Positions 46,324-56,973 of a stretch of 64,000 nt of DNA are shown piece after piece. This stretch comes from an uncultured Gemmatimonadaceae bacterium (GTDB taxonomy: Bacteria; Gemmatimonadota; Gemmatimonadetes; Gemmatimonadales; Gemmatimonadaceae). A program made the position numbers and the translations under genes. The stretch is taken from NCBI GenBank assembly GCA_963817955.1, contig CAWFQK010000001.1, forward strand, positions 448,001 through 512,000. The letters run 5' to 3'. The notes below the pieces were generated by a model. That model ran no database searches and was not told the DNA's origin. It was given only the letters and a program-made list of their open reading frames with translations. Position 1 is the stretch's first letter; every line of letters begins with the position of its first letter.

Positions 46324-47866
46324 GCGGAAGCAGGCAGCAAAGGATCTCCTGGTCGGATGTTCCCTTGTCAGTCTGCTCTATATCGACGTCTGGCGGTTGC
46401 TGCTTTCCGCCGCGACGCCCTCGAACGGCTTCTTCCTCGCGTACAGTCCGAGCGACTACCTCGCCGCGATCGCCACTGTGCTCGCGGGGGGCGCGGTCCT
46501 GGCTTCGCTCTCTCCCGCGCTGCGCAGAGCCCCTCGAGCGGTGCAGTACGTCATCAGCTTGTTCTTTCTGGCCACGAGCATCGTCGTCCTGAACGAACTT
46601 CGAAAATCGAATGAGGGCAGACTCTCGGCCGTGCTTAGCGTCTGGAATGAAGTCAAGCAGACACTCGGAATTCCGATACTAGCACTTCTCGGTCTTGTGA
46701 TACTGGCTGTGACGCTTCGATACGTGATGCCAATCACCAAGTGGTACCGGAGGGTTCTCCTGGCCGCGTCATTATTCGCCGCGTTCGCGATAGTCAGGGG
46801 TGCCTGGATCTTGGCGACGATGGACTTCGACGCCTTTCACGTGGTGCTGCGGCACCCGCATCCCGGACTTTCCTCGGCGCATCGGGTCGTGATGGTGGTC
46901 TTCGATGAGATGGACAACGAAATAGCATTCACGCGACGACCGAAGGATCTGAGTTTGCCGAACTTCGATGTGCTGCGCACGACGTCCGTGACGTTCGACT
47001 CGACGTATTCACCCGGCCCGAACACGATGGAGTCGATGTCATCGTACCTGCTCGGCCGTCAGGTCGGCTCGCTCATTCCGTTGAGCGCGAACTCCTTTGT
47101 CGCCCTGCTGAAGGACGGACGGCGCGTGCGCAGTGATACCGCTAGGTCGATTTTCTCGGGTCCGGCTGCGAAGGGAGCACGTACGGCGCTCGTGGGTTTC
47201 AGTCTCCCTTACTGTCGTCTGCGCCTTACCGGATTGGTGGATCAGTGCGAGGAGATTCCGTTGGAGGGCGGTGGGAAGGTGGACGTGCAGCGGGAGGGAG
47301 GCTTCTGGCGAGCCGTTGCCAGGCAGTCACAGAGCCTGATGCCATTCAATGGGCGGCGCTCGCATATTGCTCGACTGCGCGAGGTAATCGAGAACGCCGC
47401 TGACCTTGCCGCCGACGCCTCCTACACGCTCGTTCTCCTGCATCTTCCCCTCCCGCATTCGCCGTGGATCTGGGACCGACGGACCAATCAGTTCCGGGTG
47501 ACCATATCAGGAGACGATGGCTACCTCGGCAATCTCGCACTAGCGGATCGCGTGATCGGACGGATGCGTGACGAGATGACTCGGCGCGGAATATGGAACG
47601 CGACGACGCTGATCGTGACGTCTGATCACCCGTGGCGCGCAAAACTCGTCCAAGGTAGGAGTACTGATCGCCGGATCCCGCTCATGATCAAGCTTCCCGG
47701 CATGAAGGAGAGTGAGCACATCGAAACGCCGACGAATGCAATCGTGGTCTCGTGGCTCGTGCCAGCCCTGATCGACGGCCAGATTCCGGACGCCTCAGCG
47801 CTTCGCACTCGCGTGGCGCAGATTACCGCGAGCGATTCGACATTTCAGATGAAGCATACGCCCTGA
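46298..47866 (+). CDS. Membrane sulfatase/alkaline-phosphatase-superfamily protein
   Basis: N-terminal TM helices, VVFDE, HLPLPHSPW, IVTSDH, IPLMIK. Confidence 0.75.
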   Translation: MCSGRLRPERKQAAKDLLVGCSLVSLLYIDVWRLLLSAATPSNGFFLAYSPSDYLAAIATVLAGGAVLASLSPALRRAPRAVQYVISLFFLATSIVVLNELRKSNEGRLSAVLSVWNEVKQTLGIPILALLGLVILAVTLRYVMPITKWYRRVLLAASLFAAFAIVRGAWILATMDFDAFHVVLRHPHPGLSSAHRVVMVVFDEMDNEIAFTRRPKDLSLPNFDVLRTTSVTFDSTYSPGPNTMESMSSYLLGRQVGSLIPLSANSFVALLKDGRRVRSDTARSIFSGPAAKGARTALVGFSLPYCRLRLTGLVDQCEEIPLEGGGKVDVQREGGFWRAVARQSQSLMPFNGRRSHIARLREVIENAADLAADASYTLVLLHLPLPHSPWIWDRRTNQFRVTISGDDGYLGNLALADRVIGRMRDEMTRRGIWNATTLIVTSDHPWRAKLVQGRSTDRRIPLMIKLPGMKESEHIETPTNAIVVSWLVPALIDGQIPDASALRTRVAQITASDSTFQMKHTP

Positions 47867-47890
47867 TCGATCAGGCCGCGACTCGTGTCT

Positions 47891-48057
47891 AGAGTTCGGA
47901 AGGTCTCATCACGTTGCGCGAACCCGAGATACTCCATGCGGCCCAGGAACCGTGCCTGCCGGTGACGCAAGTCGACCATGGGTTGAACCAATCACCGCAC
48001 GTACAGGTGAATCCGCGCATTCAATGTGGAGATTGGCGCTCTCAATCTCCGCAACAC
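47891..48057 (-). pseudogene. Diverged scar of the Fic cassette 5' end and promoter
   Basis: Aligns to 16964-17069 and then to 17157-17226, joined at CCAATC. Confidence 0.75.
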
Positions 48058-48069
48058 TCGGCCCGCAGT

Positions 48070-48520
48070 AGATCGGGGCACTATGGCCAACACAAGGCGG
48101 CCTGGCATTCAAAGAGCTGCGTGCACGGGGCAAGTGGAACGCCGAGGCGACAAGCAGCACTCGCAGAGCGTCCCTCGCGAAGTTGGGCCTGAGAGTCGTC
48201 CGCGGAGGAGCGTTGCTACGGCCAGGGCCTACCCCGCTGTGTTCGTCACGCGCGGAATATCCACGATTCTGCCCGACAGGCAGTTCCATTGCCTTCGCGT
48301 ACCCGGGAGAATGTCATCTTCCGACGCGGGTTTGGCTCCCAGGGCGCCGCCCGCCGGTCAAGACCATCAAGGGTGATTTCACTGCTTTGAATAGCTCCAC
48401 ACCGCCGAAGAATCCATCGGCGTCACTCCATTCGCTGAGTGCAGCTTGCCCGGAGAACCACTCGACCTTCACTCAGCACGACAATGGCCCCGGCTCCGGG
48501 GGCATATGGGGACGATCGCT
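48070..48520 (-). pseudogene. Degraded YdcF/ElyC-family gene
   Basis: Fragments AIVVLSEGR, EWSDADGFFGGVELFK..LTGG, VTNTA and VLLVASAFHLPRA across frames, with stops. Confidence 0.6.
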
Positions 48521-48574
48521 GTTGGACGCACCCGACGGGGAGTACGAGCACCGGGAGCATCTTGTGCAAGTATA

Positions 48575-49603
48575 TCACTCAGCGGATGGCCTCCCAGCCC
48601 CTAGGCGCACCGCTACCACTGCAAGAGGCGCATACGCGATCAGAACACCCAGAAAACCGTCCAACCAACCTAACGCGACTGTCAGCGCGACCGGCAAAAG
48701 CCAGCAGAGATTGATGACACCGACCGTCACCGTCGCTGGCATATGGGAGCCTTGGCGCATGGCGGCGTGCTGGTAGGCGTGACTTCGGTGTGCCTCGTAG
48801 AATCGTTCACCGTGCGCCATCCGACGGATCAGAGTAACAGTCGCGTCGACGACGAACACGCCGAGCAGGATCACCCAGCTCCAGAACAGTCTGTTCGCCA
48901 CCCATCCTGCCTGTAGAGAGAGTGCGGCAAGCATGAGCCCAAGGAATCCGCTGCCGGCATCACCCATGAAGATCTTCGCCGGAGGCCAATTCCAGACTAG
49001 AAAGCCTAGGGTCGCCGACGCGAGGACAAGAGGGGCGATCCACAAGTGCTTACCCGGCGCAGCTACTCCGCTCAGGAAGACCGCACTCAGGCAGACGGTG
49101 ATAGCCTCGACGCCGGCAATGCCATCGATACCATCCATGAAATTCGTGAGGTTGAGCATCCAGACGAGATACAGTGCGGCGATCGCGAGTCCCAACCATC
49201 CCGAATCCAGCACGAAACCCATCGCTGTCAGCCGGGGGACGCCGCCGAGCGTCGCAAGTACCCACGACGCTGCGGCGAAATGTCCGACGAGTCGCCATCG
49301 CGGCGCAACGTGTCCGCGATCATCCACGAACCCGATCAGCGCAACCAGAGCCCCTCCCCCACAGAGGCTCCACACGGTCGACCAAGCCAGCCGATCAATC
49401 CAGCCAAGCACCAGAAGCGCCATCAGCGTCGACACCACGATCGCCACGCCGCCGCCTCGCGGCGTGGCGATCGTATGCGAACTGCGAGAGTTGGGCACGT
49501 CGAGAAGCAGGTGTGTGAGAGCCTGCCGGCGAAACCACCCGGCGAGTTCCCAAGAGCCGAAGCAGACGGTGAATGTCAGGAGCGTTGGGAACAGCAGTCT
49601 CAT
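48575..49603 (-). CDS. MraY/WecA-superfamily initiating glycosyl-1-P transferase (WbpL-like)
   Basis: PNSRSSH..TPRGGG, GFVDD, NFMDGIDG, IFMGDAGS, AHRSHAYQ. Confidence 0.92.
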   Translation of the reverse strand: MRLLFPTLLTFTVCFGSWELAGWFRRQALTHLLLDVPNSRSSHTIATPRGGGVAIVVSTLMALLVLGWIDRLAWSTVWSLCGGGALVALIGFVDDRGHVAPRWRLVGHFAAASWVLATLGGVPRLTAMGFVLDSGWLGLAIAALYLVWMLNLTNFMDGIDGIAGVEAITVCLSAVFLSGVAAPGKHLWIAPLVLASATLGFLVWNWPPAKIFMGDAGSGFLGLMLAALSLQAGWVANRLFWSWVILLGVFVVDATVTLIRRMAHGERFYEAHRSHAYQHAAMRQGSHMPATVTVGVINLCWLLPVALTVALGWLDGFLGVLIAYAPLAVVAVRLGAGRPSAE

Positions 49604-49819
49604 CTCGGTATCTTGATCGCTTAGAAGATGTTGCTGCGTACCTGAACATTCGGCGCGCATCCTTTGTCGGTGCCACTCATCGCGTTCGCAGTACTTCGGT
49701 GGCCATTTGGCCCGAATACGCAACGCTCAAACCAAGCTTACTGGTTATCGCCTTGGCGACCGCCTACCCTTTGCTGGCGGCATCAATAATCGCTGCCGAA
49801 CGTCGCGCGCCGGGGTTGT

Positions 49820-50812
49820 CTAACGGGCGAGAACATTTCCATAGGCAGCGGCGACTTGCTTCAAGCCTTGGTCGACCGTCAGCGGAGGCGTCCAGTTTAG
49901 CGTCGCCCGTGCCTTAGTAATGTCAAGCTGTAAGGATCCAATGAGTCGTTGCGCGATCGCCCGTTGCCCAGCGAGAATCGCCAGTGACATCACCAGATTT
50001 GCCGGGACAGGTATTAGTCGCGCGGGTCGATTCATTGCGCGGGCGAGACGGCGTATTAGATCAGCGGTGGAGATGTCTTCACCGTCGCTGACGAGGAAGG
50101 TTTCGTTGGCGGCAGCCGGAATCTCGATACATGTAACGATGAAATCGACCAGGTTTTCGAGTGCGATCAAACTTCGGCGGTTGTTGATCGCCCCAAACGG
50201 AAGAGGGAATCCCAGAGCAACAGTTCTAATCAACGCGTCAAAGTTCGCCTTGACCCCCGGACCATATACCAATGGCGGGCGAATAATCACGACTTCCATA
50301 CCTGATTCAGCGGCAATTTGCCGCAAGCCTATCTCCGCTTCGTGTTTGCTGATTCCATAGGGATCCCTCGGGCAAGGCTGATCGAGTTCGCTGAAACGTC
50401 CCGATTCGCCGTTCACCTTCACCGAGCTCACAAAAACGAAACGGGTTACCCCATGCTGCGCCGCTTGGCGAGCGAAGCTCAGCGTGCCTGCCGCATTGAC
50501 TCTTCTAAACTCGGTGAGCGGGTCGCCGCTCGAGTCCCGCATCACATGCACGCGGGCCGCTAGATGCACCACGACATCGACAGCTTGGAGCGCCGCGCCC
50601 CAGTCCGTATCCGCTGCCAATCCGCTCACGACGACTCGTTCCGCCTGGAACGGCAGCTCCCGACCCTTATCTCGCACGGCCCCTCTCACTGGGTACCGGC
50701 CATCGTTGGTTAGTCGACGGATCAACGCAGTTCCGACAAAACCATTAGCACCAGTCACTAGCACGGTCGACGCTGTCTGCCCCGAAGCTGCCGGCTTCGA
50801 GATACTAGCCAC
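49820..50812 (-). CDS. NAD-dependent epimerase/reductase (WbpK/WbpV-like)
   Basis: [42 protein letters not shown]. Confidence 0.88.
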   Translation of the reverse strand: MASISKPAASGQTASTVLVTGANGFVGTALIRRLTNDGRYPVRGAVRDKGRELPFQAERVVVSGLAADTDWGAALQAVDVVVHLAARVHVMRDSSGDPLTEFRRVNAAGTLSFARQAAQHGVTRFVFVSSVKVNGESGRFSELDQPCPRDPYGISKHEAEIGLRQIAAESGMEVVIIRPPLVYGPGVKANFDALIRTVALGFPLPFGAINNRRSLIALENLVDFIVTCIEIPAAANETFLVSDGEDISTADLIRRLARAMNRPARLIPVPANLVMSLAILAGQRAIAQRLIGSLQLDITKARATLNWTPPLTVDQGLKQVAAAYGNVLAR

Positions 50813-51929
50813 AATGCCAGACTCGCCGATTCACGAAGTCTGTGTAGCTCAGAATAATTCGTAGCACCTTTTCCGACACGTTGTCCGGCGCGTAATCACG
50901 AACCATGTCGAGGATCCGGTCTTCGCCACGCGTTTGGGTTCCCAAAACTTCGAGCGCGTTGATCACGCGGTCCACGTCCAGGCCGACGAGCATGACGGCT
51001 GCTTCCTCGAATCCTTCTGGTCGCTCGTGAACTTCGCGGAGGTTCAACGCGGGAAAGTTGAGGATTGAAGACTCTTCCGTGATCGTTCCACTGTCGGACA
51101 GCACGGCCCGGGCCCCGATCTGAAGCTTGATATAATCGAGAAATCCGAACGGCTCGTGGAATTGCACATTGGAGTGCGCCGTCAGCCCCAGCGCGTCAAT
51201 ACGCTTCCGCGTTCGCGGGTGAGTGGAGACTACGACGGTCTCATCGTAACGCGCCGCAAGGCTATTTAGAATATCGAACAACCGCGCGAGGTTTCGGGGA
51301 GAGTCGACGTTTTCCTCTCGGTGCGCGCTCACAACAAAATATTGTCGCTCTCTCAGGCCTAACCGCGACAGCACGTCGGAACCCTCGATGCCAGGCCAAT
51401 AGTGCTCGAGGACCTCTCGCATCGGGCTTCCGATCTTGATCACCTGGTCAGGTGGCAGCCCCTCCCGCAACAGATATGATCGGGCAATCTCGCTGTACGG
51501 AAGGTTGATGTCGGAGACGTGATCGACAATCCGGCGATTGGTCTCCTCGGGCACCTGAAAATCGAAGCACCGGTTGCCGGCTTCCATATGGAAGATGGGA
51601 ACTTTTCGCCGCTTTGCCGCAATCGCGGCGAGGCAGCTGTTTGTATCGCCGAGCAGCAGCAGAGCCTCCGGCTTGTACTGCTCGATGGCCCTGTCCGTCG
51701 CGATGATAACCTGCCCGATCGTTTCTGCCGCAGTTTCACCAGCAGCCCCCATGAAATGATCGGGCGTTCGTATCTCGAGGTTCTCGAAGAACACCTCGTT
51801 GAGGCCGTAATCGTAGTTCTGCCCCGTATGCACCAGCACGTGATCACAGTGGCGATCCAACTTGTCGATGACGCGCGACAGCCGTATGATCTCGGGGCGG
51901 GTGCCGACGACCGTCATGACTTTAAGCAC
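50805..51929 (-). CDS. Non-hydrolysing UDP-HexNAc 2-epimerase (FnlC/WbjD/QnlB-like)
   Basis: [37 protein letters not shown]. Confidence 0.92.
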   Translation of the reverse strand: MLKVMTVVGTRPEIIRLSRVIDKLDRHCDHVLVHTGQNYDYGLNEVFFENLEIRTPDHFMGAAGETAAETIGQVIIATDRAIEQYKPEALLLLGDTNSCLAAIAAKRRKVPIFHMEAGNRCFDFQVPEETNRRIVDHVSDINLPYSEIARSYLLREGLPPDQVIKIGSPMREVLEHYWPGIEGSDVLSRLGLRERQYFVVSAHREENVDSPRNLARLFDILNSLAARYDETVVVSTHPRTRKRIDALGLTAHSNVQFHEPFGFLDYIKLQIGARAVLSDSGTITEESSILNFPALNLREVHERPEGFEEAAVMLVGLDVDRVINALEVLGTQTRGEDRILDMVRDYAPDNVSEKVLRIILSYTDFVNRRVWHCG

Positions 51930-52956
51930 CGACGGCCTCCTGGACCATCGGCAGCTGCATCAACACTTTCTTGACCTGTTCGACCTCGAGTCGCCTGGTG
52001 TTGTGCGAGGTGTAGTCGTCAATTCTCGAGATAGCGGTTTCTCCTTCGACAAAATACTTGTCGTAGTTCAGACTGCGCGAGTCCGCCGGGATCCGATAGT
52101 AGCCCCCCAGGTCTTCGGCGCGCGCCATCTCCTCGCGAGAGACAAGTGACTCGTACAGTTTTTCTCCGTGACGCGTCCCGATGACTCGGATCTCATTCTT
52201 CTTACGCATCAGCTCCTTGAGCGCCTGCGCCAGATCACCGATGGTCGATGCGGGTGCCTTCTGGACGAAGATGTCGCCAGGCCTGGCGTGCTCGAACGCG
52301 TACAGGACCAGATCCACGGATTCGTCGAGTGACATGAGAAACCTCGTCATACTCGGATCGGTGAGCGTCATCGGTCTCCCCTCCTTCAGCTGATCGATGA
52401 ACAGCGGGATCACCGATCCCCGTGACGCCATGACGTTCCCGTATCTGGTGGCGCACAGGACGGTCTTCTCCGGATTGCACAGGCGCGATTTGGCGACCAT
52501 CACCTTCTCCATCATCGCCTTGGACATGCCCATCGCATTGATCGGATAGACAGCCTTATCCGTGCTGAGCACAACGCACCGTCGGACGCCATTGGCGATG
52601 GCGGCTCGCATCACGTTTTCGGCGCCAATCACGTTCGTGCGCATCGCCTCCATCGGATAGAACTCGCACGAGGGTACTTGTTTCAGAGCGGCGGCGTGAA
52701 AGACGTACTCCACGTCCAGCATGGCATCGTGGACGCTGTCGTACTCGCGTACGTCGCCGATGTAGAACTTCACTTTGTCGCTCTGCAGAGCGAGGCGCAT
52801 ATCCTCCTGCTTCTTCTCGTCTCGGCTGAAGACGCGAATTTCCGCGAAATCGGAATGCAGGAGTCGACGCAGCACCGCATTGCCAAACGAGCCGGTGCCT
52901 CCGGTAATCAGCAGAGTTTTGTCTTTGAACGACGAGGGATTGCCGTGTAATCTCAT
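51922..52956 (-). CDS. fnlA: UDP-GlcNAc 4,6-dehydratase/5-epimerase (FnlA/WbjB/CapE)
   Basis: [44 protein letters not shown]. Confidence 0.92.
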   Translation of the reverse strand: MRLHGNPSSFKDKTLLITGGTGSFGNAVLRRLLHSDFAEIRVFSRDEKKQEDMRLALQSDKVKFYIGDVREYDSVHDAMLDVEYVFHAAALKQVPSCEFYPMEAMRTNVIGAENVMRAAIANGVRRCVVLSTDKAVYPINAMGMSKAMMEKVMVAKSRLCNPEKTVLCATRYGNVMASRGSVIPLFIDQLKEGRPMTLTDPSMTRFLMSLDESVDLVLYAFEHARPGDIFVQKAPASTIGDLAQALKELMRKKNEIRVIGTRHGEKLYESLVSREEMARAEDLGGYYRIPADSRSLNYDKYFVEGETAISRIDDYTSHNTRRLEVEQVKKVLMQLPMVQEAVGA

Positions 52957-53030
52957 TGATTGTTCACGCCTGGTTCGCAACGCTTAGGGGGAATCTGGCC
53001 GACGTCCGGATCGCGGTCCGCGGCCGCTGG

Positions 53031-53924
53031 CTAGCCAAAGTCTCGCATCGCCCGAATCGAGTCGGACCAGGCTAGTGGGACGTAGCCCGTAAGTTGGCGG
53101 AACCGTGTCGAGTCCAACGAACGATTGATGACCACGTGGTCGTTCGGAGCGATCTCGATCGATTTGCCGTAGACCTGAGCGAGCAGCCCAAGTAGGTCAA
53201 ACTTGGTAATAGGATCTGAAGAAACGTGGTACAACCCGTTCATCTCTGGCCTCGGGATGATGAAATCCCGGATTACACGCGCCAGCTCAACGGTCGGCAA
53301 GCCCGAAAAGACTGCGCGCGTGAATCCTTGGACTGTCTCTCTCTGACCGAGAAACCAGCCAACCAGTCCATGTGCGGTGTTGAGCTCATGTCCGATGATA
53401 GACGTACGAATGGTCACGGTATGCGGGTAGGCAACCTCTCCGAGAAACTTGCTCCTTCCATACAGATCTTTCGCGTCGGAATCGTCACTTTCGCGATACA
53501 TCCCTCCTCGTCCTGAAAACACGCAGTCCGTACTGATATGGACGAGGCGCGCTCCGCCAACTTCGCAAAGACGGGCTAAACGGTGGGGCAGAAGCGCGTT
53601 GATTGGAATTGCCGCGAGCGGATCGTCGGCTTCGGCGAGTTGCTTCACAAGTCCGATAGCGTTGACCACGACGTCGGGCTGGACTTGAGCTAACACCTTT
53701 GTCAGACTGTCGAAATTATCCACGTCCACAAAGGGCACAACGTTCTTGCGAAGTTCGTGTGGGAGATATTCCAAGGCGGAAGCAGATCGCACAGTGCCCA
53801 TGACGGATATCCCCTCGCTCGCGGCAAAGAAGCGCAGAAGTGCATTGCCGAGCATACCACTCGCGCCAAGCACCAGGACCGAAGGCATGGAGGGGGAATC
53901 ATTGTTCTGTTTTTTCATGGCCAC
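53031..53924 (-). CDS. RmlD-like sugar-nucleotide reductase (QnlA/WbvR-like)
   Basis: LGASGMLG, HISTDCVFSG, YGRSK, RTSIIGHEL. Confidence 0.85.
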   Translation of the reverse strand: MAMKKQNNDSPSMPSVLVLGASGMLGNALLRFFAASEGISVMGTVRSASALEYLPHELRKNVVPFVDVDNFDSLTKVLAQVQPDVVVNAIGLVKQLAEADDPLAAIPINALLPHRLARLCEVGGARLVHISTDCVFSGRGGMYRESDDSDAKDLYGRSKFLGEVAYPHTVTIRTSIIGHELNTAHGLVGWFLGQRETVQGFTRAVFSGLPTVELARVIRDFIIPRPEMNGLYHVSSDPITKFDLLGLLAQVYGKSIEIAPNDHVVINRSLDSTRFRQLTGYVPLAWSDSIRAMRDFG

Positions 53925-53933
53925 CTTGAGGCG

Positions 53934-55151
53934 TTACTCCGCTACGAGATCTTGGAAGCGCTCGACAAGCTGTCGCGCAAGGATGTCTGGAGCAAAATGT
54001 CTTTGGTAGAAACTGCGGCCTGCTTCGCCCATCCGAGCCCGCTCCTCGTCAGAGGCCGTCCATAATTTCATCACGGCTTCGGCCAATGCGACCGCGTCTT
54101 CCGCTGGAACGGCGAGTCCCGCCTCAGCTTGCAATATGACTTCCGCACCCTCGCCGTCTAAGGCGGCAATGATTGGACGCCCTGCCGCGAGGTAGGCCTG
54201 CACCTTCGCGGGAATGGTTTGGCTCATGGTCGGGCTCCGTTTGAGACTGACCAACAGCGCCGAAGCCTGAGCCAGGATCGGCGGCATTTCCTCCGCTGCA
54301 TATCGTCCCGGCAGTTGAATGTTCGTCAACCCACGCCGCGATGCCTCAGCGTTCAGCCACGCACTCCGGCTCCCGCTCCCGACCAACACAAACCGGATCT
54401 CCGGCTTGTTGCGGAGCAATTCCGCAGAATCGAGCACCATCTCGAGTGCCTGCACGCTGCCCAGGTTTCCGGCGAACACAACATTGAATCCCGCGTCTAG
54501 CTGCAACGTCGGCTCGCCTGAGCCACTCGGCAAGCCAAAGCTCCCTTCGCCAGGGTTCGGGAAATACTCAACAGGCACCTCGCCAGCCAACTCGCGAATC
54601 GACTTCACGAATGACCTAGACTGCCCAAGGAGCAGATCGTTTCTGTGGTAGATCCATCGAACCAACGACCTGACCACGCGCAGAACGGTTGAATTCCGAA
54701 TGAAGCCAGTCGACTCCAGGCTTTGCGGCCAGAGATCCTGAACCCAAGTCACCAGTCGCGCCTTCTTCAATCGGGCTATGAAAATCGCTGGTAGAGCCTG
54801 AAGGATCGGAGAAGGCGCGTACACGAGCACGACATCGAACCGCTTTCCGCGAAGCAGCCATGGCCCAAACATCGCCGCCGCGATGGCGAATGAGGCATAG
54901 TTCGCGATCAGCCGCATCGCCGACGCGTTCCCTCGGGGAACGAGGGGCACGCGATAGATCGTGAACCCCTCTCCATGAAGCTGCTCGCGAATCGATAGAG
55001 CGGAATAGCCGCGAAAGATGACCCCTTCGGGGTAATTCGGCTGGCCGGTCAGAATCGTGACGGTACAACCGGCGGCACGGAGCGACCTCACGAGTTCCGT
55101 GATGCGGAACGCTTCCGGCCAGAAATACTGGGTGACGATCAGTATCCTCAT
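53934..55151 (-). CDS. GT4 glycosyltransferase (WbuB-like)
   Basis: TQYFWPE, GQPNYPEG, VQDLWP, FAGNLG, IPAKVQAYLAAG. Confidence 0.9.
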   Translation of the reverse strand: MRILIVTQYFWPEAFRITELVRSLRAAGCTVTILTGQPNYPEGVIFRGYSALSIREQLHGEGFTIYRVPLVPRGNASAMRLIANYASFAIAAAMFGPWLLRGKRFDVVLVYAPSPILQALPAIFIARLKKARLVTWVQDLWPQSLESTGFIRNSTVLRVVRSLVRWIYHRNDLLLGQSRSFVKSIRELAGEVPVEYFPNPGEGSFGLPSGSGEPTLQLDAGFNVVFAGNLGSVQALEMVLDSAELLRNKPEIRFVLVGSGSRSAWLNAEASRRGLTNIQLPGRYAAEEMPPILAQASALLVSLKRSPTMSQTIPAKVQAYLAAGRPIIAALDGEGAEVILQAEAGLAVPAEDAVALAEAVMKLWTASDEERARMGEAGRSFYQRHFAPDILARQLVERFQDLVAE

Positions 55152-55235
55152 GGAGCGCTCGGTCCCCTGGCGGTCGACGCCGACGTCAGCGACCAGTCGC
55201 CGAAAGCCTGAAGCACTGTCTTTCACGCCGCCTCG

Positions 55236-56408
55236 TCAGCTCGAACCGATGACGTCCAGGAACAACCGACGATTTGCTTCCGACACCGCGGGGTCCGCCG
55301 ATCGCCGGTTCGCGTAATCATGGACCCGTTCCCGCCAGGCACGGTACTTGGGTCCGTCAACCGTGTATGCCTTCTCGATCGCTAAGACAAAAGCATCCGT
55401 ATCCTTCAGCGGCAGATCCCACCCGACGCCGACTGCTTCGAGACCCCGCCAGGGCGTCGTGTCGGCAATCAGGACCGGAGTACCCGCTCGCATGGATTCG
55501 AGAATCACGTGACCAAAATTCTCTCCCCTGGTGGGAAACAAAAAGAGATCGTGGGCTCGAAAAGCTTCGTCGACTCGTCCGTGTTCCAAAGTCCCTTGGT
55601 AGCGTGCCGACACCCGCTCTGGAAGTTCTCTCATCACAGTCTGACAGCCTGCCCAGTATGCACCGTCTTCACGAGGGCCGTAGATGTCGAAGACGACGGG
55701 ACACCGGACCCTGGCGAGAATTTGCAAGGCAAAATCCAAATTCTTTTTGGGAGAGATTCGTGAGATGAAACAGATCCTGAGCGGATCGCCTTTCCGTCTC
55801 GTCACTTCGCCGTTTGGCAATGCCAGAGTCGGCCGAGCCGGCAAGTCAGGCGCAACGACGATTTCATCCATTCGCACGCCAATGAATCGCTGAATATCGG
55901 CAGATTCATGCTCACTAGAAGCTTGCCATGTAAGCTGGCGGTGAAACCCGGCGACTCTGCTGAGAGTGCGATACGCCACCTTCTTTGGCGCCTTCAGGGA
56001 TAGAGCGCCTTCGGAGAACTCCCCCCGGGGCGCCAGAACCGACGGTCGCGACTGGAAGGATCGCAGCCGCCGCGCTACGAGCGGACGTGCGGAGAACACG
56101 GGGTCAAAATAGCTGTTGAGGTACAGGACGTCGTGCAGCGTAGCCCGAATCACACTTGCCAGCCCAAAAAGGGATTGCATGCGTGGGGAGGCGTAGAAGA
56201 CACGGGATCCGCCTACGTCATTCCACCTGTCAACTTTAACATTCGAAAAGGGCCGATCGTCCCCAAGATCGCGGTCGGACGTAATGATCTTGAAATCCAA
56301 CTCATCGCCCAGTTGATCGGCCATGTTGGCGATGGTCCGCAGAGGACCACCAGCCTTGTAGCCGGGGAGATAGTATCTGAGGAGAACGAGTACTGTTGGC
56401 CTTGTCAT
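55236..56408 (-). CDS. GT4 glycosyltransferase
   Basis: YLPGYKAGGP, SRISPKKNL, ENFGHVILES. Confidence 0.88.
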   Translation of the reverse strand: MTRPTVLVLLRYYLPGYKAGGPLRTIANMADQLGDELDFKIITSDRDLGDDRPFSNVKVDRWNDVGGSRVFYASPRMQSLFGLASVIRATLHDVLYLNSYFDPVFSARPLVARRLRSFQSRPSVLAPRGEFSEGALSLKAPKKVAYRTLSRVAGFHRQLTWQASSEHESADIQRFIGVRMDEIVVAPDLPARPTLALPNGEVTRRKGDPLRICFISRISPKKNLDFALQILARVRCPVVFDIYGPREDGAYWAGCQTVMRELPERVSARYQGTLEHGRVDEAFRAHDLFLFPTRGENFGHVILESMRAGTPVLIADTTPWRGLEAVGVGWDLPLKDTDAFVLAIEKAYTVDGPKYRAWRERVHDYANRRSADPAVSEANRRLFLDVIGSS

Positions 56409-56628
56409 GACGCAACGTTTGGTTCGATCCGGCGAATGCTTCGAGGCCGCCGTCTTACTCGTGAAATGGGATACACCGCGGGCGCGCTGGAGTTGACCGC
56501 ACGGATCCGCAACCGGTCGACTGCGGCTGTAGCTGTGGGAGGCGCTGGAGACTGTAGTGGCTGGAACGTCGTGCGGCTGACCGGCCATTGTTCGCGCAAG
56601 CTCCACCAATCCCATCGGCACGCGATGC

Positions 56629-56973
56629 TCAGCAAGGGTCCGGCGCAATCGAACATGGCGCATGCGACATTACCTTCGGCGTTGTTGTAAGCACCGAGGA
56701 GAAAAGCCGCTCCCGCGCTCCGATTCTCCCATGTGCGGCATGAAAAACCGGCGTCGCCATGTATGGGACCAGCACGCGGTAGCGCCCATGGCCCCTCGCC
56801 GCGGCCGGCGAGTGCTCCACGATGCTGTAGTACTGAGCCGAGTCGACGTTCCCGGTCTTGCGCGCGTCGTAACGGTTGAGCGTCGGGTATCCGAGCCCAT
56901 GGCAGATCGCAAAAAGAATCAGCCAGAACACTGACCGACTAACCAGTGAGCTCGAAACCCGAGGTTGTATCAT
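56629..56973 (-). pseudogene. Probably truncated membrane protein
   Basis: TM segment then GLGYPTLNRYD..YRVLVPY; the ORF ends early and is followed by ~220 bp without a credible ORF. Confidence 0.4.
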
